The notes under the pieces: generated by a model | What the model saw: only the letters and a program-made list of their open reading frames with translations | Told to the model about the DNA's origin: nothing | Databases searched by the model: none | Translations under genes and position numbers: made by a program | Shown here: in pieces, positions 41,107-53,921 of the stretch | Layout: each line of letters opens with the position of its first letter | How positions within the stretch are numbered: position 1 is the first letter of the stretch | Source of the DNA: Dictyostelium discoideum | Taxonomy: Eukaryota | Direction: 5' to 3' | Length of the DNA: 64,000 nt | Assembly: GCA_000004695.1 (NCBI GenBank) | Contig: CM000150.2 | Location: forward strand, 1,600,001 to 1,664,000

Positions 41107-41971
41107 TTAATTTCCTTCGAAAAAATATTGAGATGGGCTATATGTTTGAGATCTATTTAAAATTTCTTTATCTTTATACATTTTTGGTAACATGAAAGAT
41201 GGATTCCAAGTTTTTTGTAATTCTGTAACGTCTGAAGAAACTTGATATTTTCCCTTTGATTCATAGGGTCTATTTTCTATACCGTCAGTATTAAAGAAAA
41301 CGATTTGTGCTAAACGTCTACCCACTACTAATGGAATTGAATAGTGTCTACTATTATTAGTGATCTCCATTGTCCATCTACTAACATAACCGACATCTCC
41401 CATACCTGCACATTTACAAACCTAAGTATATATATATAAATATATATAAATAATAATATTAGTATTTAAATAAAATACTAATATTATTATTATATATAAT
41501 AATAATAATAATAATTACTTCAATAAAATTTCTACCCATTGAAGATCTTGCTTTCATCATTGTTGTTACAGTTTTATTACCACCAATAAATTCATTTGTG
41601 TGAGCTAAAATTGTTTCTTTAGGTTTAATCCAAATGATTAATTCGTCATCGGCTATATTGTCTAATTTAATACCAGACCTTGCTGACCATGATGCATGAG
41701 TCTCTGCTTTTTTAAATGATCCCCAAACTCTATCAACCATTTCTTCAGAGTATGGATTATAAACACCTGCTCCTGATTCTGGCTCGGTTTCTCTATAATA
41801 ATAAGGTCCAAGTGTGACGTCATAAGATGATGTTGATAAATTGTCTCTAACAAATGGTGTTATAACAACTGTACCAATTTCCATATGTCTTAATATTGCT
41901 TTATCTGATAATAATGAAAATTCTTGTTTTTTACTATCATTATTATCATTATTATTTGTTGGTTCGTTCAT
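41107..41971 (-). CDS. dCTP deaminase-like protein (dUTPase superfamily, bacterial Dcd type). Proposed exons are 41971..41519 and 41421..41107.
   Basis: A GTAATT donor follows ...GRNFIE at minus 41518, then a 97-bp AT-rich intron and a CTTAG acceptor at 41423-41422 (phase 0). The exon-1 region ILRHMEIGTVVITPFVRDNLSTSSYDVTLG is similar to Dcd IEAWLDEGRLSINP...ATVDVRLG. Exon 2 (CKCAGMGDVGYVSRWTMEI...GRRLAQIVFF) is similar to the Dcd C-terminal region HRIDPGWSG...LRPGMLIGALSF. Confidence 0.55.
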
Positions 41972-42643
41972 ATTTTTTTTTAATTTTTTTTTTTTTTTAT
42001 GAAAAATTAATATTAAATATTAAATTAAAGTTGGGATTTGGTTGAAAAAAAAAAAAAAAAAAAAAAATTGTTTTTTTATTATGAGCTATTTATTTCCCAA
42101 AATAAAAAAAAAAAAGTGAAATAAAAGTATTATTGGAAAAAAAAAAAATAAAAATAAAAATAAAAACTAATTCAATGATAACATTGTTGTAAATCAATAA
42201 TTTTAATAAAAATAATAAAGTTTTTTTTTTTTTTTAATTTTTACAACTTAAACTAAAATGTTCTTTTTTTTTTTTTTTTTTTTTTAATTTTACAACAAAA
42301 TTTATTTTTTTATTTCATATTTTTATTTTTATTTTTTTATTTTTTTTTTTTTTTTTTTTTTATTGCTTGAAAAAATCTCTTTTGAATTTTTTAATTTGAA
42401 ACACAGTAACCGAATAAAGATTTTTTTTTTCGTCTTTCAAAAAAAAAAATAAAATACAATAAATAATAAAAAGTAAACAATTCAATTAAAAAAATAATAA
42501 ATAATAAATGTCAAATAAAAAATAAAATAATAAAAATAACTAAACGAATAACATTTTAAAAATAAATAACATAAAAAAATAAAATAAAATAAAAAATAAA
42601 TGTTTAAAAAATAAAAAAAAATTAAAAATCTAAAAATAAATTG

Positions 42644-42676
<33 letters not shown>

Positions 42677-42717
42677 TAATAAAAAAATAAAATATCCAAG
42701 AAATAAGACTTACCATA

Positions 42718-45146
42718 ATGAGAAGGTAAGAAAAAAAAAAAAAAAGATATTAATCTCTTAAACAACAAAGTATATTTATTGTTTTTTTTTCTAATTATTT
42801 TTAAATAATAATAATAATAATAATAATAGAATTTATAAAGTTAATTATTTTACAAGAAATAAATCAATAGTTTTCATAATATTAGTATCATTTATAGTTT
42901 TATTTAAATTTCAATATGATGTTATTAAATTAAGTGAACAATTACAAAAAGAAAAGATTATCAGTTCACAAAAACAAATAGAATTGGAAGAACTTGGTTC
43001 GTATATAAATTTGTTGGAAAGAAGATTTATAGAATTAGGTGGTGACAGTGAAAATTGGGGTTGTAAAAGAAGTAGTAACAATAGACCTCAATTAATCTCG
43101 AGTAGTGATAATTACAATGATGATGATTATGATGGTGGTGATTATTACTATGATGAATATATTGAAGATGATAATATTAAGTTATTATCATTAGAAACAA
43201 TGATGAGAATTCAAGAATTAAAATATGATCCAAATATTGTACAATCACCAAGATGTATAAAAGAAGCCAATTCAATTAAATTAATGTGTTCAAAATTTAA
43301 ATATAATTATAGAACTAAATATAATTTTATTGGTATTCATGATCAATTAAATAATACATCACCAATAAAATCAAAATTTTCATCATTTGAAAATGGCAGT
43401 GGTGTTGGTGCTGGTGGTGCTAGTGATGATGATATTAAAGATTCAAATTTATTAATTTTAAGAAATCCATCAAGTGGTGTTTCAAATTTTAAAGTTTCAA
43501 AAAGAGCAAAACTTTCATTTGAAGAAGTATTGATCGATGTTAATGATGTTTATATTGCACCAAGTTTTGGTAGTAGTTGGGGTGATTTTAATGGTGATGG
43601 TTGGATTGATCTTTATATTGGTAATCATTATTGGCCATCTAGATTATTTTTAAATGAAAATGGTACATCATTTAGAGATGTTTCATCAAATTATATAAAA
43701 GGATATGATAAAATGAAATTTTTGGATAAACATGCCTCAGCATGGGCTGATTTTAATAAAGATGGAAATTTAGATCTATTAGAGACAACAGGTGCAAAGT
43801 ACGGTACAAGTTCATTACCAAATAATTTATATGTTAATTATGGTGGTGGTGGTACTGGTGGTGGTACTTCTAATTCAAGTGGAGATTCTCCCCAATTTTG
43901 GTCAGAAGAAGCTGTAAAAAGATCAATTGATTATCCATTTGCAAGAGGTAGAACTATAACATGGTTAGATTATGATAGTGATGGTGAGTTGGATGCATTT
44001 GTATCTTCACAGAAAAGATCGGATGGTAAGGGTGATAGTGCACTTTTTAGACAAAAAAAAGGTGGCCAATTCTTTGATGTTAGTAAATTCGTTGGTATGA
44101 ATATAGTTACAATGATTCTATTCGTTAGACAAACTGATTTAGATAATGATGGTGAATTGGAACTATTGTTAATAAGTTACACATTTCCATTCAAAGTTTA
44201 CCATACCAATAGAGATGACCCATATAAAGCATTCACCGATGTAACCTCATCCTTTTTTCCATTGAATACTGATGAAGTTGAGAAACATCAAGTTGCAATT
44301 GAAAATTCCACAATTAGATGGGTACCTTCTTCGGCTAAAACTGGTTTAATATCAATTGTTAGTGATTTGGCATTTGGTGATATGGATGGTAATGGTTGGC
44401 AAGATGTTATCATCGCTAGGAATTATCATGGTACTTGTATAGTTTCCATCTATTATAATCATGGATTATATGAGAATGATAAAGAGAGAATTCAAGATCA
44501 ACCAGGTATTAGAAAATCTTCGAAATTAAAATGGAAACTTTTAGATATCTATAGTGATAATACCACCAAATGCGGTTCATTGGTAGTTGCCGATTTCAAT
44601 AATGACTTCAATTTAGACATTTATTTAGTCACTCATCTAACTCACTCAAATTCACCCAATGTAATGATTTTCAATGATGGTGATGGTGGTAATTTCTCAA
44701 TTAGGGCTGATGGTGTCGGTGCTGGTGGTTCAACATTTGGTAAAGGTGAATCAGTAACAATGGCAGATTATAACAATGATGGTTACTTGGATTTACTAGT
44801 TACCAATGGTAAAGGTTCACCACCCTTTGATGTTGGTCCAGTTCAATTATTTAAAAATTTAAATTCCGGTAGAAATTGGTTAGAGATTGAATTGATTGGT
44901 ATTAATGAGAATGCTCATGGTTTTGGTTCAAGAATTACAATCACTGCTTGTAAAAAAACTCAATTTCGTGATGTTGAATCAGGTGTTCACTTTTCAGCTC
45001 AAAACTCTTTTCGAACTCATTTCGGTCTTAATTTTTGTCCAAAAATTACTGAAATTAAAATTTATTGGCAACGTTCAAAACAATATCAAATCTTAAAAAA
45101 TATTAATCCAAATCAAATTTTAAAAATTACTGAAGATGTTTTTTAG
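42718..45146 (+). CDS. ASPIC/UnbV-domain protein with multiple FG-GAP/VCBS-type repeats (CRTAC1-like). Proposed exons are 42718..42725 and 42830..45146.
   Basis: An ATGAGAAG micro-exon is followed by a GTAAGA donor at 42726, a 104-bp intron and an AATAG acceptor at 42828-42829 (phase 2). This opens the frame that otherwise has a TAA at 42792 and no ATG. A hydrophobic signal anchor SIVFIILVSFIVLF follows. At least seven Ca-binding-like repeats are present (FNGDGWIDLYIG, FNKDGNLDLL, YDSDGELDAF, LDNDGELELL, MDGNGWQDVI, FNNDFNLDIY, YNNDGYLDLL). The C-terminal UnbV_ASPIC signature is NWLEIELIGINENAHGFGSRITI...RDVESGVHFSAQNSFRTHFGL. Confidence 0.6.
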
Positions 45147-45381
45147 TTAAATAAAAACAAAAAATAATAATAATAAAAGTGAATATATGAATTATATATT
45201 TTAAAATACAAAATCAAATATCAAATTTTAAAAAATTACTTAAGATGTTTATTCTTTTTTTTTTTTTTTTTATATAAACAATTTGTAAAAAAAAGATAAA
45301 TCTAAAAATTTCATTTTTATTTTTATTTTTTTTTTTTTTTTTTTTTTAATCCCACAAAATTCTGATTCGGTTAAAAAAATG

Positions 45382-45427
<46 letters not shown>

Positions 45428-45549
45428 CGTTTTTTAATTTTTTTTTTTTTTATTTTATTTTTTATTTTATTTTTTTATTTTTATAATTTTTTCGTCTTTT
45501 TTGTTATTGTTATTATTTAATAATAATAATAAATAAATAAATAAATAAA

Positions 45550-46361
45550 ATGACAAGTAAAATTGTATCAGTTAATCCATTAATTAAACCAGTTGAAAAC
45601 TGTTTTGAAGAGATGAAAGTTCAATTATCACTTCAATTACCACCAATGGATACACAAAGTCTTTGTAGTGGTACAAAATCAATGTTAGATCGTTTAGTAT
45701 TTAAATATAAAACTGAATTAGGTGGTATCATCATTTCATATTATGATGTAATTCACACTGATAAAGAAGCAAAAATATTTTATGATTCACCGTATCTTGG
45801 TATGAATATTCATGTTAAATTTTTAGTTTTCAAACCATTTAAAGATCAAATTTTAAGTAAAGTATCAAAAATTTAAAATAAATAATAAATAATAAAAATA
45901 ATACTAATTTTATTTTTTATTATTATAGATGGTGTCGTTAAAAGAGTTTCAACAACACATATTTCTTTATTAGTATTTGGTACAATTTCAGCATCAATTC
46001 CAAAATCAAATATTCCAAAATCATTTGCATTTGATCATAGTTCAAATATGTTTATGAATAAACAAACAAAAGCAACCATCTCTGTTGGTACTAAAATTGC
46101 ATTCAAAGTTATTGAGTAAGTGTTTGTTTATTATTCAAAATAATTAATTAATTCATTTCTCCCATACATACATACATACATAATATTAACATTTTATTAA
46201 CTATTAATTATTTATAGTGTAAGCGCAGATAGACATAATATTGGAATTCAAGGTGATATGACAGATTTAACATCAACTGGTATAATAGGATTTGATGAGA
46301 ATCAATCATTACAATTTGGATCACAATATGAAACACCAAATAAAAATGTAAAGAATAATAA

Positions 46362-46392
<31 letters not shown>

Positions 46393-46794
46393 GGAAATAA
46401 TAATACTACTTTAATAAATACTGAAAATAATAATAATATAACTAAATTTGATGACGACTCAGAAAAAGAATCTGAAGAAGAACCAAAGCCAATTATCATA
46501 AAAGAAGAACCAAAAATAGTTTCAGTTAAAGTTGAATCCAAAAAGGTCGTCGTTAAAGAAGAAGAACAAAAATCATCAAAGAAAGATAAAGATATTAAAA
46601 AAGAAAAAGAATCTAAAAAGAGAAAGAAAGATTCCAGTGATGAAAGTGACGAAAGTGAAGAAGATAAAAAGAAAAAATCAACTAAAAAAGAAAAAGAATC
46701 ATCTTCAAAAAAGTCAAGTAAAAAAGTAAAAGTTGAATCATCATCAGAATCAAGTGAAGATGAAAAAGAAAAAAAGAAAAAGAAAAAGAAATAA
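45550..46794 (+). CDS. Rpb7-like RNA polymerase subunit, probably the Pol I A43-like subunit, with a long Lys/Glu/Ser-rich charged tail. Proposed exons are 45550..45856, 45929..46115 and 46218..46794.
   Basis: A GTAAAG donor lies at 45857 with a TATAG acceptor at 45927-45928 (phase 1). A GTAAGT donor lies at 46116 with a TTATAG acceptor at 46216-46217 (phase 2). The joined frames are continuous with the track ORFs 45550.. and 46258... The N-terminal region (LVFKYKTELGGIIISYYDV ... LVFKPFKDQIL) resembles the Rpb7/RPA43 N-domain (VVFKPFKGEVV). The family assignment is tentative. Confidence 0.45.
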
Positions 46795-47155
46795 ATAATA
46801 ATTTTAAAAATAAATAAATAAATTTAAAATAAAAAAAAAAAAATTTAAAAAATTACTTTCAATTTATTGAGGGTGTGTTTGCAATTTCCAGTTTTTTAAG
46901 GGATTTAATTTTCTGGTTAAATCTGGATTAATGAAAAAAAAAAAAAAAAAAAAAAGAAAAAAAATATAAAAAAATAAATAAGTAAATATAAAACGAGGAA
47001 ATAGTAATTTAATTTCATAGAAAAAACAATGAATTTAATTAATTATTTTGATTTTAAAAACATATTAAAAAATAAAAAAATAGTTTTAAAAAAAAATAAA
47101 TTTTATAAAAAAAAAAAAAAAAGTGGTGGGTTGACCCACTTTTTGATTTTTATTG

Positions 47156-47192
<37 letters not shown>

Positions 47193-47347
47193 ATTTTTTT
47201 TTTTAAAAATTTTTTTTAATTTTTTTTTTTTTTTTTTTTGGTTTTTTTGGTTTTTTTTTTTTTTGATATTAATTTTTTTTTTAAATTGTATATTATTCAC
47301 TTCATATTTATTTTTTTTTTTTTTTCATATATATTATTTATTAAAAG

Positions 47348-47580
47348 ATGACAGAAAAGCAATTAAGTTGTTGTCTCGATTTAATGAGACGTTTACCACC
47401 ATCTCAAATTGAAGATAATTTAGCAGGTCTCCTTGATCTTGTCCCAGATCTCACTGAAGACCTTTTATCATCAATTGATCAACCACTCAAGGTTGCTTAT
47501 GATGCAGTTTCAAAAAAAGATTATTTATTATGTGATTACAATAGAGATGCTGATTCATACAGGTAAGTTTATTAATAAAA

Positions 47581-47639
<59 letters not shown>

Positions 47640-48410
47640 AGATTTTCTTATGGACAACTTTCTAATAATCATTTTTCTTTATTTTAAATTTTTAGATCAC
47701 CATGGTCAAACAAATATGATCCACCATTAAGTGGTGCATGTTATCCATCATCAAAATTAAGAGATATTGAAGTTCAAGCTAATGAAATTTTTGAAATTTA
47801 TCTTAACTTATATTTTGAAGGTGGTGTTTCATCTGTTTATTGTTGGGATCTCGATGATAATTTCGCTGCTGTAGTTTTAATGAAAAAAAGTAATTTATTA
47901 TTATAATGATAATGTTTTTATTAGTTGTTTTATTAGTTTTATAAATTAAATATTAACTTCGTTTTTTTATTTTTATTTTTATTTTTTTTTTAAATTTTAG
48001 CTCAAGATCAATCTAAAAAAGGTCAACCAATGAGAGGTACTTGGGATTCAATTCATGTTGTTGAAGTTAAACTTGGAAAGAAAGATAAAGCAGTCTACAA
48101 ATTAACATCAACTGTTATGTTATCAATTGAAACCGATAATGATAACACTGGTAAAGTAAATCTTGCTGGTAGTTTAACTAGACAAGACGAAAAAGAATAC
48201 ACATTCAATGAAGTTGATACACATTGTGTAAACATTGGTAAAATGGTTGAAGATATGGAATCTAAATTAAGACAAACCTTAGAAACCATTTACTTTGGTA
48301 AAACAAAAGAAGTCGTAAACACCCTCCGTAACGCCACCGGTAACTCTGAATTAGAAAAGAGAAAGAACCTTTCCAACCAAATTGGTTCCGCTATCGGAAA
48401 CAGAGGTTAA
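47348..48410 (+). CDS. acpA: F-actin capping protein beta subunit (Cap32, CapZ beta). Proposed exons are 47348..47562, 47696..47895 and 48001..48410.
   Basis: The protein is near-identical in pattern to CAPZB throughout: [52 protein letters not shown]...[15 protein letters not shown] | [11 protein letters not shown]...[27 protein letters not shown] | [23 protein letters not shown]...LTRQDEKE...[20 protein letters not shown] and GTAATT donors lie at 47563 and 47896, with acceptors at 47694-47695 and 47999-48000 (phases 2 and 1). Confidence 0.85.
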
Positions 48411-48496
48411 ATAAATTAAATATTCATCTTCAATATTATTTTTCTTTTTTTTTTTTTTCTCTTTTTCCAAAAAAAAAAACTAAAAAAAGAAATAAG

Positions 48497-48537
<41 letters not shown>

Positions 48538-48640
48538 AAAATGTGTTTTTATAATAACAAAAATAATATCTATTCAAATATTACAATTTTTTTTTATTTT
48601 TTTTGTATAACAATAAATAAAAATGTAGTTTTAATAAAAA

Positions 48641-48690
<50 letters not shown>

Positions 48691-49496
48691 AATTCCAACA
48701 ACATTATATCTATTTTTTATTTTTTTTTAAATAAATCTTAAGATCATCATTTTTTTTTTTACATATTTTATTACTATTTTTTTTTTTTTTTTGTCTTCAC
48801 CCCCCAAATAACACCAAATTATCAATTTCATACCACTAAAACAAATTATCAATTTTTCCCCCCACCCACACCATTTAATTATTTTTATTTTATTTTATTT
48901 TTTTTAATGGCATATAATTTCCAAATTTATAAATAATGTGTTTAATTTAATTATAATTTTAATTTTTTTTATTATATTTTTTAATAAAAAACAGAGAACT
49001 AAGTTTACCACAACAAGTGTAAATAATTTTAATAAAATTACACACTTTCAGACCGTCAGACATTAATGTCAAATATAACCACCACAAAAGTCGCATAAAT
49101 AATATAAAGAATAAACCCAAGTATTTGGGTATGTAATTACATAAAAAAAAAAAGATTGTTTCTTTGTTATTCTTTATTTATTATTATCTATTATTAATTT
49201 TATTTTATTTTTTTTTTTATTAATTTTTTTTTTTATTTTTTTTTTTATTATTTATGATTTCATTAATATTATTTGTTTTAAAAAAAAAAATAAATATAAT
49301 TATTATATTTCATATTTTTATTAATAATAAAAAATAAAATAAAATAAAATAAAATAAATAAAATAAAATAAATAAATAATAATTATTATTAATAATAATT
49401 TTAAAATTAAAAAAAAAAATAATTTAATTTTTAATTTTTAAAAATAGTAATATTATTTATTTATTAATTTATTTATTTATTTAAATAGAGTCAAAA

Positions 49497-49508
49497 ATGA
49501 TGGATGAA

Positions 49509-49551
<43 letters not shown>

Positions 49552-51259
49552 TTAATAATAATAATAGTGGATCAGAAGAAGGAGTTTATACACCAGAATC
49601 AACAAATAGTGATTATAGTGTTTATTCATCAATTGATAGTACTACCGCTCATTTATTAGATAAAAATCAAATACCATTATTAAGAGATGTTGAAATAGAA
49701 AATAAAGATGATTTATATAATTTATTAGAAATATCTGGTAATAAAGAACAAGATGAAGTATTTATAAAGAAATTTGGTTTAAAATCAATGTAAAATATAC
49801 AATTAAATAAATATATTTTGGAAATTATTATTAAATCATTTATTTTACTAATTAATTAATTAATTATTTATTTTTATTTTATTATAGTGGAACATTTGGA
49901 GGAATTTGTTTATTAATTGGTAATTGTACAGGACCTGGTATGGTTAATATAAGTTATGAATTTCAACAAGGTGGTTGGATATTAACATTTATTGGATATT
50001 TATTAATGTTGATTTTAAGTAGTTTGGCAGGTTTATTCATAATTGAATCAATGTCAACAATACCTGGAAATAGTAAATTCCAATTAAGAGTAGAGTTTAC
50101 AATGATATGTAGATTTTATTTTGGAAAGTTTGGTTATATATTATCACAAATTTTTATAAATGCTAGTTTATTAATTTCAAATATAGCTTCAATTATAATT
50201 TGTGCACAAGTTATGGATAGTATAATATTATTTATTTTTAAAAAAACATGTGGAGTTTCATTTACAAATGGGTGGATTTGCATTGGTGAAGTAGATATCA
50301 TCACTGTTGAACAGTCTTCACCATTCTCTGAATACATGTTTTTCACGTTGGGTTATTTATCGATTATAGCCATTATTGTACCATTAGGATTCTTAAATTT
50401 AAATGATAATATAATAATTCAAGTAGCATGTGTTGGTATAATGTTGGTGATTGTTGGTAGCTGGATTGTGATTTTCATTATGTTGGGTTTGCATGCGGAT
50501 AATTTGCCACCCATTGGCACAATGGGCGGTATTTCACAAATTATGGGTAATTGTATGTTCAATTATGCATATATTACAACTATACCATCATGGGTGAATG
50601 AATCAAAGCCAAGTGTGAATGTGAAGAAATCAATATGGATATCATCATCAATTTCAACGGCGATATTCATATTGGTGGGGGTCTTAGGGGGGTTGGCATT
50701 TGCAAATATGTCTACTGAATCTGATATATTAAGTTTAATCAATTCAAGTAATCGTTCAAATTTATTTTCAAAATTTACAGTTTATTTATTCCCTTTTATA
50801 GTACTAGCATCGAGTATACCTGTATTTAGTATTATTGTACGTTATAATTTAACTCAGAATAGGTTATTGTCACCTTGTTATGCTAATTTCATAGCGATAT
50901 TGTTACCCTGGATTATTGTAATACCATTTCAAACTGGAAGTTGGTTAAATAATATTTCAAATTATTCAAGTTTATTCTTTGGTTCAATTGCGAATTTTAT
51001 AATACCATTTGCATTATATTTAAAATCAATTCAATTTAAAAATACAAATCATTCAAATCTTTCTACTGATCAAAAATTAATTTTAACTGAAATATCTTAT
51101 GAAACTGTTGATTGGGAAGAAAATAATTATATTATTACTCATTTTAAAACTTTTTCATTTTTCCCAGCAAAATATTCAAAATTAATAGCTCAATTGTCTT
51201 TATCATTACTTTGTATTTTAATTCCAATAGTAATAATATCAAATTTTTATTTTATTTAA
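49497..51259 (+). CDS. Putative amino acid/auxin permease (AAAP)-like multi-pass transporter with an Asn-rich cytosolic N-terminus. Proposed exons are 49497..49789 and 49888..51259.
   Basis: A GTAAAA donor lies at 49790, followed by a 98-bp intron and a TTATAG acceptor at 49886-49887 (phase 2). The joined product reads ...FGLKSI-GTFGGICLLIGNCTGPGMVNISYEFQQGGWILTFIGYLLMLIL, which resembles TM1 of AAAP/SLC38-like transporters (G-x-G-ILxLP-AF---GW). About 11 predicted helices follow. Confidence 0.45.
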
Positions 51260-51801
51260 TTATTTTTATAGAAATTTAAAAAAAATAAAATTATAAATAA
51301 GAAAAAAAAAATATTAAAATAATTATTAATAAATAATTATCAAAAAAAATAAAAAAAAATAAAAAATTTGTATGATCAATAAGTTAAGGGTGTTTTTATT
51401 TAAACATTGTAATTTAATTATAATTGAAGGGTTTTTTTTTAAAAAATAATTTAAATTCTAATTTACTATATATAGTTTAAAACAACTTCTTTGGGATGGA
51501 TTTCGCCTTCTTATAAGAACATTGATGTAACCTAGGTATTTTGAATTTTTTAAAATTGTTATAGTTTCAGTGAACGGTAATATTATTATTAAAAAAAATA
51601 AAAGAAAAAAAAAAATAACTTACTTTTTTTTTGAAGGTGATATTATTGATTTATGAAAACAAAAGTTTTATAGTATTAAAAAAACAACATTCATTACGAC
51701 AATATTTAAAAATGATTGATTTTCATATTGATTGAGTTGTTGTTTTTTTTTGTTGAACTATAATCTACTGAGTTGTGATTGATTAATATTCTTTTTTTTT
51801 C

Positions 51802-51836
<35 letters not shown>

Positions 51837-52429
51837 ATTTTGAAAAGAGGTAATACCCAGGAATTACAATATTCTAATTAGCACATTTACCTTCTAAACA
51901 CTTGACATAATAAATTAATATTACATGTTTGAAGTTTCTTTTTTATCAAAAAAGAATGTAAATGAGGAGTGGTCGGTCGTTTCCTCGATTAGGATGAGAG
52001 GCATGTCTGACTCTCCAACTTTGCCCACTTTAACTGATTACAGCACGATCACCCACTAATGATGCTTCATTGTATATGTGAATGATAAGGCTTCAAACCA
52101 CCCAGCGTACAATGAAAATGTAAAAGAAGGACAACTCCAGAAAACAAAATTTTAATTCACCTACACAAAAAGATTAAAACAAAATAGAAATTAATCCATT
52201 TTGTTTTGTTTATCTTTTAAAAAGTTGAAAAAAGATTATTGTAACTGTGATGCCCCTCCAATTATGATCCATTGGAGTAAAAATCTTTGTAATACTCTTT
52301 AAACCCTCTTTAATTAATCTTAAAAAAAAAATTTTAAAAAAATACTTTTAAATTGAAATTAAAGAATAATTAACCAATATTATGCATAGTCTCTTTTGGA
52401 ATTCAATTCACCTATATATTTATATAAAT

Positions 52430-52467
<38 letters not shown>

Positions 52468-53241
52468 TATAAAAATTAGTATTATTTTTAATAATGTTTT
52501 TATAAATAATTAACTTTTTTTTTTGACAGTACTATTTTAATTCTTTTTTTTTTGTATATATATTTAATTCTTTTTTTTTTGTATATATTCAATTTTTATT
52601 TTTTTATTAGTTGCTGTTTTGTTAGAATTATTTTTATGAATGAAAATTAAAAAGAAAATTTTTCTTTTTTTATACTTTTTTTTTCTTTTTTTTTTTTTTT
52701 TATATTCATACCAAGTTTGGATGAGATTATTATAAACCAAAAAGGAATTCAGATCATTAAAATTTTTTTTTTTTCATTTTTTTTTTGTTTTCATTTTTAC
52801 TCTTTTTAATGATGGATCAATAAATTCCTGTTTTGGTTTTTGTTTCCTATTCAGGAAAATAAAAAAACAAAGGGTTAATTTTTTTTTTTTTTTTTATTTT
52901 TGGTTTTTTTTTTTTTAATTTGATTTCTATTTTTAGAAATTATTATATTTTTTTTATTTTTTTTTATTGATTTTATTTTATGGTCACCACTTTATAATAG
53001 TGTATTTTATTTAATAATAGTAATAATTTATTTAATTTAATTAGTTTAATATAAATAAATTAATAAAATTTCAACTAATGATAACGAGGATAACTGGTCA
53101 ACAAAATAATAATAATAATAATAATGAAACAATCACATTAACTGTGAACAACAACAGAAATTGCAATTACAACAAAAACAATAGGTATAAATAAAATTTA
53201 AAAAAGATTAAAGTTTTTTTTTTTTTTCTTTATTTAGTTTT

Positions 53242-53290
<49 letters not shown>

Positions 53291-53351
53291 AATTTTTGGT
53301 ATATATATTTGTTTTTATTTTGTTTTTTTTTATTTTTTTATTTTTTTTTTT

Positions 53352-53765
53352 TTAAAATTGTTTTTCAGATTCTAATTCAATTTGAATTGTTTTATCTGAA
53401 CAAATTGAATCTAAATAATCGATAATGTCATTTCTAAATTTTAAATTTTTATTCTTATGGTGATGTTCCCTATTTAAAAGTTTATCTCTTTTTAAAACAT
53501 CTGTAAAAATTTTTCTTAACACTTGACAATCTGTTCCCTCAATTGGTTCTAAATTTGAATCTAATGGGTGAGGTGAACAGTATTTCTTAAACATTGAATT
53601 TAACATTAAATGATCTTCATTGTTTTGAAATTTGTGATTTTCTCCAATTAAATGATTTAGTTCTCTCCATTTATGGCATTGTTCTCTTGATAGTTTTGTT
53701 TTTACAAAATTATTATTATTTAATATTATTAATAATAAAATTATTAAAATAAAAAATTTATCCAT
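53352..53765 (-). CDS. Small secreted hypothetical protein (137 aa) with an N-terminal signal peptide
   Basis: Real ATG. The hydrophobic leader is MDKFFILIILLLIILNNNNFV. The single-exon ORF is bordered by poly(A/T). Confidence 0.45.
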   Translation of the reverse strand: MDKFFILIILLLIILNNNNFVKTKLSREQCHKWRELNHLIGENHKFQNNEDHLMLNSMFKKYCSPHPLDSNLEPIEGTDCQVLRKIFTDVLKRDKLLNREHHHKNKNLKFRNDIIDYLDSICSDKTIQIELESEKQF

Positions 53766-53881
53766 TTTTTTTATTTTTCTATTTTTTTATTTTTTATTCA
53801 TTTAAATTTATTCTTTTAAATAAAAAAAAAAAAAAAAAACATAAAATAATTTATTTTCATTTCTAAATTTAAATTTATTCA

Positions 53882-53921
<40 letters not shown>

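Noticed and set aside
52040-52060. A CCCACTAA motif (also at about 29155) as a DUSE ncRNA promoter element
   Set aside because: It resembles the DUSE consensus [AT]CCCA[CT]AA but has an extra base. I kept only the weaker statement that the surrounding GC-rich island is a candidate ncRNA.
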